DNA from: an uncultured candidate division Zixibacteria bacterium
GTDB taxonomy: Bacteria > Zixibacteria > MSB-5A5 > UBA10806 > 4484-95
DNA length: 32,000 nt
Assembly: GCA_963668625.2 (NCBI GenBank)
Contig: CAXXKA010000008.1
Span: 1,007,747 to 1,039,746, forward strand
Direction of reading: 5' to 3'
Part shown: one piece after another, positions 26,620-32,000 of the stretch
How the letters are laid out: every line of letters begins with the position of its first letter
Position numbering within the stretch: position 1 is the first letter of the stretch
The notes under the pieces: generated by a model
What the model was told of the DNA's origin: nothing
The model's database searches: none
Seen by the model: only the letters and a program-made list of their open reading frames with translations
Program-made: the position numbers and the translations under genes

Positions 26620-27498
26620 CTAAAATAAGGTGGAATTTCTAAGTATTAGTCCATTATTTTTCTGTTTAATCGATTCCTTTTTTGAATTTAAATTATAAAC
26701 CTCATAAGGCGTCTTGCCGTTTAAGGCCTGATGGAAACGTTCGGTGTTGTAGAATTCGAAATACCTCTTCAAACCGAGGTAAGCCTCCGCCGGCGTCTGG
26801 TAATCGTGAAGATAAACCTCCTCGTACTTGACCGATCTCCACAGACGCTCGACAAAAATATTGTCAAGATACCGACCGCGACCGTCCATGCTGATAGCGA
26901 TCCGCTTGTCTTGCAGTACACCGGTGAAATCCTTGTCGGTAAACTGTGTTCCCTGATCGCTGTTGAATATCTCCGGCTGTTTGCCATCCAACGATTCCTC
27001 CAATGCCTCCACGCAGAAAGAGCTCTCAAGAGTATTGGACAAACGCCAGGCAAGAACGTAACGCGAGAACCAATCAATCACTGCCGCCAGATAGAGAAAG
27101 CCCCGGCTAAGACGAATATACGTGATATCGGCGCTCCAGACCTGGTCAACATGATCAATCAGGACATCGCGTAAAAGATACGGATATATCTTGTTAGACG
27201 GACAAGGCTTGCTCGTATTTGGTTTAGGGTAAACAGCTTGAAGACCCATAATCCTCATCAGACGTTCAACCCGCTTGTGATTTATATCATATCCCTGAGA
27301 CTTTAGACAGAGTGTCATCTTAGGACTGCCGTAAAACGGGGTCCTGGTATATTGATCGTCAAGCAGACGCATAAGTGTCAGGTTCAAATCGCTTTCCCCA
27401 GTAGGCCGGTAGTAGTAGCTTGAACGGGGAAGCCCCAAAAGCTGGCACTGACGGCTAATTGAAATGTCCGGGTTTGATCGTTCCACCAGATTCCTCAA
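26620..27498 (-). CDS. IS3-family transposase OrfB (rve/DDE integrase core)
   Basis: WSADITYI...NSDQGTQFT...ERLWRSVKYEEVY is typical of IS3 DDE cores. The frame is open upstream to the A-run (TAA AAA AAA GGA...). Confidence 0.9.
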   Translation of the reverse strand: MRNLVERSNPDISISRQCQLLGLPRSSYYYRPTGESDLNLTLMRLLDDQYTRTPFYGSPKMTLCLKSQGYDINHKRVERLMRIMGLQAVYPKPNTSKPCPSNKIYPYLLRDVLIDHVDQVWSADITYIRLSRGFLYLAAVIDWFSRYVLAWRLSNTLESSFCVEALEESLDGKQPEIFNSDQGTQFTDKDFTGVLQDKRIAISMDGRGRYLDNIFVERLWRSVKYEEVYLHDYQTPAEAYLGLKRYFEFYNTERFHQALNGKTPYEVYNLNSKKESIKQKNNGLILRNSTLF

Positions 27499-27502
27499 AT
27501 CC

Positions 27503-27787
27503 TCAGGCGAGACGCCCGCTCCTTTTTTTTAGAAATGCCAACTCCACCTGAAGCTTACCAATCTCCTGATAGAGAGCATCCATCCTGGCTTGCTCATCCT
27601 CCCGCAACTTGGCCTTGCCGTTAGAAAAGGCTTCCGGGAGAGACTGTAAAGCCTGCTTCTTCCACATACCAACCTGATTAGGGTGTACTTCGTATTCCGA
27701 GGCTATCTGATTAACGGTCTTCTGACCGCGAATGGCCTCTATGGCTACTTTTGCTTTAAGCTCCCCGCTGTATCGACTTCGCTTCAT
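27503..27787 (-). CDS. IS3-family transposase OrfA (HTH, leucine-zipper region)
   Basis: MKRSRYSGELKAKVAIEAIRGQKTVNQIASEYEVHPNQVGMWKKQ is a Transposase_8-like HTH. ATG at 27787. Confidence 0.9.
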   Translation of the reverse strand: MKRSRYSGELKAKVAIEAIRGQKTVNQIASEYEVHPNQVGMWKKQALQSLPEAFSNGKAKLREDEQARMDALYQEIGKLQVELAFLKKRSGRLA

Positions 27788-27812
27788 CAATTACCCTTTC
27801 TGGACATTTCTA

Positions 27813-28205
27813 CTAATTTAATACCACCTTAAACAATTGTCCAGTTTTTGGGGGAAACCTCACTGCTTCAGGCCATTTACATAGAAAACCTAATAAAGTA
27901 GCACGAAAAATATTTTTAAGAGCACTGTCATGGCAAGTTATTATTGCTTGATACAAATTAAAATAGATATTCCCTCTATCAATTTTCGCTATATACTTGC
28001 TATAATAGATAGGTAGGGAGTATTTAGTTATTGGAGGGGAAAGAATAATATCAAATAAATTATCTAAATCATCATTAAAATATCCGCGGTACAGCTTAGT
28101 CATATTAAAGTTGGTACATATATTATTTACAGGCTTAATTAATTCCATTCTTCTTTTTTCAGCCCATTTTTCAATATTAAATTCATTTTGCTTATCATTT
28201 TTCAT
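27813..28205 (-). CDS. Hypothetical protein (130 aa) in AT-rich cargo; last 10 codons come from the IS3 end
   Basis: The ORF crosses the IS junction at 27843/27844. Removing the IS gives the native end ...AVRFPPKTMGGS*. No family recognised. Confidence 0.5.
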   Translation of the reverse strand: MKNDKQNEFNIEKWAEKRRMELIKPVNNICTNFNMTKLYRGYFNDDLDNLFDIILSPPITKYSLPIYYSKYIAKIDRGNIYFNLYQAIITCHDSALKNIFRATLLGFLCKWPEAVRFPPKTGQLFKVVLN

Positions 28206-28690
28206 ACAAACCTAACCTTTTATATATTTAAACAGTAACAATAATATCTTAAAATAATATTTCAAAGAATAATATTGTTAGTTAACCACCTGAGACATTT
28301 AGTCTTTGATTTTAATGATCCGTTATTACATTCTTGGAAAGTCAAGATTTTTAAGAAACAGTAAGGCGGATAGGGATGGATATGGTATTGCATTTTATAT
28401 AACTAATTGTCTTTCAGGCGATTGCCAGGCAGTACTTTGGCTCCTATATTTAATCTCACCATCTTCCAACGACTTACGAGATCGCACAAACTGCTTTTAG
28501 ATACCCTGAAATATTTTAAGCCTCTGTGAAGGCAAATTTCGAATTGATGAAAATACACGCTAAAGAACGAAAAAAAATATCGGGCCCATATTTACGACTG
28601 GCGATGCAAACACGTCAGCTTCAACAACTTCTAATGGGTTTGTTAAGTATTTAACCTACTGAAAATAAATAAGTTATGGTATTTTTTTGC

Positions 28691-28719
28691 TTGACTTCGG
28701 AGACTAAAAAGGCTATATT
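28691..28719 (+). promoter_or_regulatory. Near-consensus sigma-70-like promoter for the rightward replication module
   Basis: TTGACT (28691-28696), a 17-nt spacer, then TATATT (28714-28719), about 130 nt upstream of the 75-aa ORF. Confidence 0.55.
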
Positions 28720-28848
28720 GAATTTGGTGGCCATAAAGCTTTTCGCATCACATCTTGGAAAATCCCAATCAATGAAATCATGGAAATAAATGATAAGGTA
28801 TGAATGTCATGCCTCTGTCAATAATTAAACATCAAATCAAAGTAGATT

Positions 28849-29076
28849 ATGAATACCAAAGACATGAATTATGCCGCTTACTTGCTGGCAAACAATCGTA
28901 AATTGGAAAGCTGTTATCCTGACGGACGAAAGTTCTGGTTTGTGTTTCCTGATGACGAGGAAGTAAAATTACTTACCCAAAAGTATTATCTAAATACCGG
29001 GCCAATAAATCCGCAGGACTTTGTAAACGCACAGAAGATATTGAAGAACCTGGTTAGAAACTTTCAACCAGCCTGA
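28849..29076 (+). CDS. Small hypothetical protein (75 aa), possibly DUF5659-like
   Basis: MNYAAYLLANNRKLESCYPDGRKFWFVFPDDEEVKLL...FVNAQKILKNLV matches my recollection of the DUF5659 pattern. It lies immediately upstream of the primase gene. Confidence 0.5.
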   Translation: MNTKDMNYAAYLLANNRKLESCYPDGRKFWFVFPDDEEVKLLTQKYYLNTGPINPQDFVNAQKILKNLVRNFQPA

Positions 29077-29159
29077 TAAAGGAATAACAAATATGAAAAC
29101 ATGCAATATTAATAAGGAGCTGTTAAACAGCTCGGCTCTTTTCATTAAAGAGCCACTAT

Positions 29160-31667
29160 ATGAAACCACAATCCATAGTAATTTTAATGAATCAAAAACT
29201 TATTCAAGAAGTATTCTCAACATTAAAGAAAGGAGAATTTATCAGGCTTGCCTGGGAAGATGAAAATGAAAAGTTCCATAAGACTGGAACACAAAATTAT
29301 GAACAATTCATATCAAAAGTAGATGAATTAAAATCCTTCCCTTATATTGCTAGTATTTGGTTTACCCCCAATCCCAGCAATTCACCATCATCACATACTC
29401 AGGATGATATTACCCGAGCCCACTGGGTATATGTCGATATTGATGATGTCTCCCCCGAAGAATTCCTACAAAAATACGATTATATCAAACCAACCTATAC
29501 TGTAGCCACCGGCCATGGAGTCCAGCTTTATTGGAAGTTGAAACGCCCCATAGCTATACCTAATGAACAATGGCAAGCCATAGAAAATGCAATAAAACGC
29601 AAATTCCATGGAGAAAAGGGTGAATCATGTTCATTGCTAAGGGTACCTGATACACCAAACCGCAAGCATCTTATTGAGAAGCATAGAAAAAAGGGCTATA
29701 CGGTTGAAACTAAATGTGAAGTCATTGGATTTTGTGATGAAGAATATGATCTTGATGATTTTATCGAAGCAGGTTTGGATATTGATAATCAGCCCACGGA
29801 GATCGTGACAAGCCCTACAGCTAAACGTTCTCTCGATGACCTGAAACGAATACGCCAGTATTGTCCAGCTATAAACGAAGCCTTTTTATCGATAGAAAAT
29901 AACAAAGGTAACGAAAAGACAATCGGTCATTACAAACGCCTGGCAGTAGCCAGCATGATAAAACATACAATCGATGATGAAAAATATCTGTTGAAATTAT
30001 TCAGCAAGGTATCTGATTTTGATCCTCAAAAAACTTTAAAGTATTACAGAAGTCTGGATAAATGGCCTTTTACCTGTGCAAAACTACAGGAAAAAGAACT
30101 ATGTAGTGAAACTTGCCAATTGATGACAGACCTCAACAAAAAAAGTCCTATAGTATTCGCATATCGCTCCGGTGTTCAATTGAAAACTACCGATACCTTA
30201 TTAAATGAAACCGAGAATGATAGTAGTTTCAAAGAGTTGATGAAGCGCGTAAAATCCATTGAAAACCCGGTAAATCAGGAAAAACTGATAAGCAAGGTTA
30301 TTGCCGAAACCGGCATAAACAAATCTTCTATCAACCGTTATATGAAAAAGATCAAAGTTCGAGATGATATTAAATCATACATCGTCAACGGTGAAGTTGA
30401 TCCCGTGAAAGCGGCGATATATATAATCAGGCAATACCAGCTAATGCGATATCAACAGGATTTCTATAAATATCAGGATGGAATATGGGAGCTTATGCCT
30501 CAGGAGGAAGTCGAGTCGTTAATTCATCACGAGATCAAACAGTATTCGGACAACCATACAATAAGCGAGGTCATAAATGCAGTCAAAAGAGAGGCTTTAA
30601 TTAAACCCAACACGGTTGATAAAGCCCAGGGTAAGTATTGGATAGCAGCCAGCAACGGATTATTAGATGCAGAAACGAAAGCTCTTCGCGATTTTACGCA
30701 GGAAGACTACAGGTTCATCAAAATGAACGCGAAATATAATGCGGCAGCTGATTGTCCTGTCTTTAAAGAATTTTTACGCGAGTTGTTCATGTACGACACT
30801 GATGCCGCTGATAAACGTAAACTCGTTCAGGAGATATTCGGCTATCTGCTGATACCCGACTACTCTCTCATAAAGAAGATGTTTTATTTCTACGGGCCGA
30901 AAGCTAACAACGGCAAATCATCGTTAATTGAAATCATACGATCAGTAATGGGGCCAGGGTATTTTGATAGTGTCCCCATGGATAAATTGAATGGATTTTT
31001 ATTGAAACGGCTGCAGGGAAAACATGCTAACGTCGTAGGTGACCAGGATGCGTATACGAAGGTGCCTGACGGCATATTGAAACAATTGATTGGCGGCATG
31101 GATGAAATCACAGCGGATGTGAAATACAAGGACGCTATTACGTTCACTAATTATGCGAGATTGATATTTGCCGTTAATAAACTGCCGTTTTCAGAAGCGA
31201 AAGACGAAGGTTATTTTACCCGAGCCGTAATCCTAACGTTCAATAACCAGTTTTTAATAAATCCTGATCGTAAGGATCACCGGCAAATGAAAGCCGACGT
31301 TGAGAAAATACAATACATAAAGGATAATGAAAAAGAAGGTATTCTCAACTGGATGCTGGAGGGTTTGAGCAGATTGCTGGCAAACAAGAAACTAACGATT
31401 CCCACTTCATCAGAATCAGCTGTGAAGGATTACAAAACAAACAACAACAGTATATTGTTATTTGTTGGCGATAACTGTCAGCTAGGACCTACTTTCCAAG
31501 TGAGTCAATCTGAGTTGTATACGAATTACAGAGGCTGGTGCCAGGACCAGGGATTTAAAGGCTATGCGAATTCGGTCACGTTTTATGATTTGCTTGAGAG
31601 GGAGTACAAGGTTGTTCGACAGAGAACCAAAAATTCACGACGTCTTGTAGGAATTAAATTAACCTGA
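29160..31667 (+). CDS. Bifunctional primase-polymerase (AEP prim-pol) / SF3 helicase (P4 alpha / D5 family) replication protein
   Basis: N-terminus: VYVDIDD, TGHGVQLYWKL and LLRVPDTPNRKH (AEP catalytic motifs). C-terminus: Walker A FYGPKANNGKSS, then GKHANVVGDQDAY...LKQLIGGMDEITADVKYKDAITFTNYARLIFAVNKLP...FTRAVILTFNNQF, matching the P4-family primase C-terminal domain. Confidence 0.9.
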   Translation: MKPQSIVILMNQKLIQEVFSTLKKGEFIRLAWEDENEKFHKTGTQNYEQFISKVDELKSFPYIASIWFTPNPSNSPSSHTQDDITRAHWVYVDIDDVSPEEFLQKYDYIKPTYTVATGHGVQLYWKLKRPIAIPNEQWQAIENAIKRKFHGEKGESCSLLRVPDTPNRKHLIEKHRKKGYTVETKCEVIGFCDEEYDLDDFIEAGLDIDNQPTEIVTSPTAKRSLDDLKRIRQYCPAINEAFLSIENNKGNEKTIGHYKRLAVASMIKHTIDDEKYLLKLFSKVSDFDPQKTLKYYRSLDKWPFTCAKLQEKELCSETCQLMTDLNKKSPIVFAYRSGVQLKTTDTLLNETENDSSFKELMKRVKSIENPVNQEKLISKVIAETGINKSSINRYMKKIKVRDDIKSYIVNGEVDPVKAAIYIIRQYQLMRYQQDFYKYQDGIWELMPQEEVESLIHHEIKQYSDNHTISEVINAVKREALIKPNTVDKAQGKYWIAASNGLLDAETKALRDFTQEDYRFIKMNAKYNAAADCPVFKEFLRELFMYDTDAADKRKLVQEIFGYLLIPDYSLIKKMFYFYGPKANNGKSSLIEIIRSVMGPGYFDSVPMDKLNGFLLKRLQGKHANVVGDQDAYTKVPDGILKQLIGGMDEITADVKYKDAITFTNYARLIFAVNKLPFSEAKDEGYFTRAVILTFNNQFLINPDRKDHRQMKADVEKIQYIKDNEKEGILNWMLEGLSRLLANKKLTIPTSSESAVKDYKTNNNSILLFVGDNCQLGPTFQVSQSELYTNYRGWCQDQGFKGYANSVTFYDLLEREYKVVRQRTKNSRRLVGIKLT

Positions 31668-31670
31668 TTT

Positions 31671-31904
31671 TGTCACCTTTGTCACCCTCTGTCACCGCGT
31701 AAGTCTATGTGTATCAACAGAGATGACAAAATGACAAGAAAATAGCCTAAAAAAGTTTTACAGGGAAAAAATAAAAAAATTTTGTAAATGAAAATAGTTT
31801 TTAAACCGTAATTTAACATCGTTTTGTCACCCGACCAGCTAACCAGTTATGTATTATTAAGATAAGGGAGTTGGGATGGGTGACAAACGATGACAAAGGT
31901 GACA
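31671..31904. repeat. Iteron field: TGTCACC repeats in both orientations flanking an AT-rich segment (putative origin of replication)
   Basis: Forward TGTCACC at 31671, 31680, 31690 and 31825. Reverse GGTGACA at 31879 and 31898, with degenerate (A/G)ATGACA at 31723, 31731 and 31890. An A/T-rich stretch spans 31741-31820. The field begins 4 nt after the primase-helicase stop. Confidence 0.75.
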
Positions 31905-32000
31905 AAATAATTACCATGACATACAGAAAGAAATTCATTCCTCATATAAATCTGAGGAAAGCATTACATCATCCAAGATTGGACACCATCGAAGCAGAAC

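Larger units (their letters stand above)
26605..27843 (-). mobile_element. IS3-family insertion sequence (1239 bp) with 3-bp target site duplication
   Basis: The ends are TGGACA...TGTCCA, with imperfect IRs (11/14 over the first 14 nt). GTT is duplicated at 26602-26604 and 27844-27846. orfA and orfB overlap across an A8 run. Confidence 0.88.
21842..32000 (+). mobile_element. Integrative element (P4/PICI-like satellite or integrative mobilisable element) inserted at the tRNA(CAT) 3' end; right boundary beyond the window
   Basis: A tyrosine integrase and excisionase lie directly next to the tRNA. Unknown cargo follows, then a prim-pol/SF3 helicase and iterons. No capsid or terminase genes are seen in the 10 kb available. 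Confidence 0.8.

Noticed and set aside
27503-27540. Canonical -1 programmed ribosomal frameshift on A AAA AAA joining IS3 orfA and orfB
   Set aside because: I translated the -1 frame explicitly and it hits TGA after about 9 codons. orfB is in the +1 frame as assembled, so the standard model does not fit this copy (see the IS3 finding).
28306-28500. 64-aa + strand ORF in the AT-rich divergent region
   Set aside because: It starts with a non-ATG codon, has no ribosome-binding site and has an implausible composition. It lies upstream of the predicted rightward promoter.
31671-31904. TGTCACC repeats, or the DNA-level repeats in 5477-7396, as a CRISPR array
   Set aside because: The units are only 7 bp with 2-4-bp gaps and occur in both orientations, which fits iterons. 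The 5.4-7.4 kb repeats are in frame and coding. No repeat of 24 nt or longer with regular ~30-nt unique spacers is visible anywhere in the window.
31916-32000. Possible start of another + strand gene (ATG 31916: MTYRKKFIPHINLRKALHHPRLDTIEAE...), open to the window end
   Set aside because: Only 28 codons are visible, there is no clear ribosome-binding site, and nothing identifies the product. I note it but do not call it.

Overview
The window looks like an uncultivated bacterium. Three secreted proteins end in Por/T9SS-type C-terminal sorting domains (NYPNPFN...), which suggests the FCB superphylum; I cannot place it more precisely from sequence alone. There are three blocks. (i) 1-8.0 kb, + strand, is a surface and secreted protein cluster. 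It holds a 5'-truncated T9SS-tailed multidomain protein, an LVIVD-repeat T9SS-tailed protein, a TrmB-like regulator with 8 tandem 11-residue repeats, and a 774-aa cysteine-rich protein of 15 'GACC' modules ending in a dockerin. (ii) 8.0-21.7 kb is mostly - strand core and envelope genes. It starts with a 49-bp orphan copy of a tRNA 3' half and an excisionase-type HTH protein. Then come tRNA-Asp, a Wzx-like flippase interrupted at an A9 run, gmhA, a GGGP-synthase-family prenyltransferase, alaS, a GT-C glycosyltransferase split by an IS4-family element (9-bp TSD, reading frame restorable), pcrA, and an unusual fusion of Tat signal, HisC-like aminotransferase and T9SS tail. (iii) 21.8-32.0 kb is an integrative element at the 3' end of tRNA-Met/Ile2(CAT). 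It carries int-xis, a three-gene operon of unknown function, an AT-rich two-ORF cargo split by an IS3-family element, a prim-pol/SF3-helicase replication protein, and a TGTCACC iteron field (putative ori). Its right end lies outside the window. I think the likeliest places for an undescribed system are the unknown cargo of this satellite-like element (23.4-28.2 kb) and the GACC-module/dockerin protein. All functional calls rest on motif recognition by eye; no database search was run.
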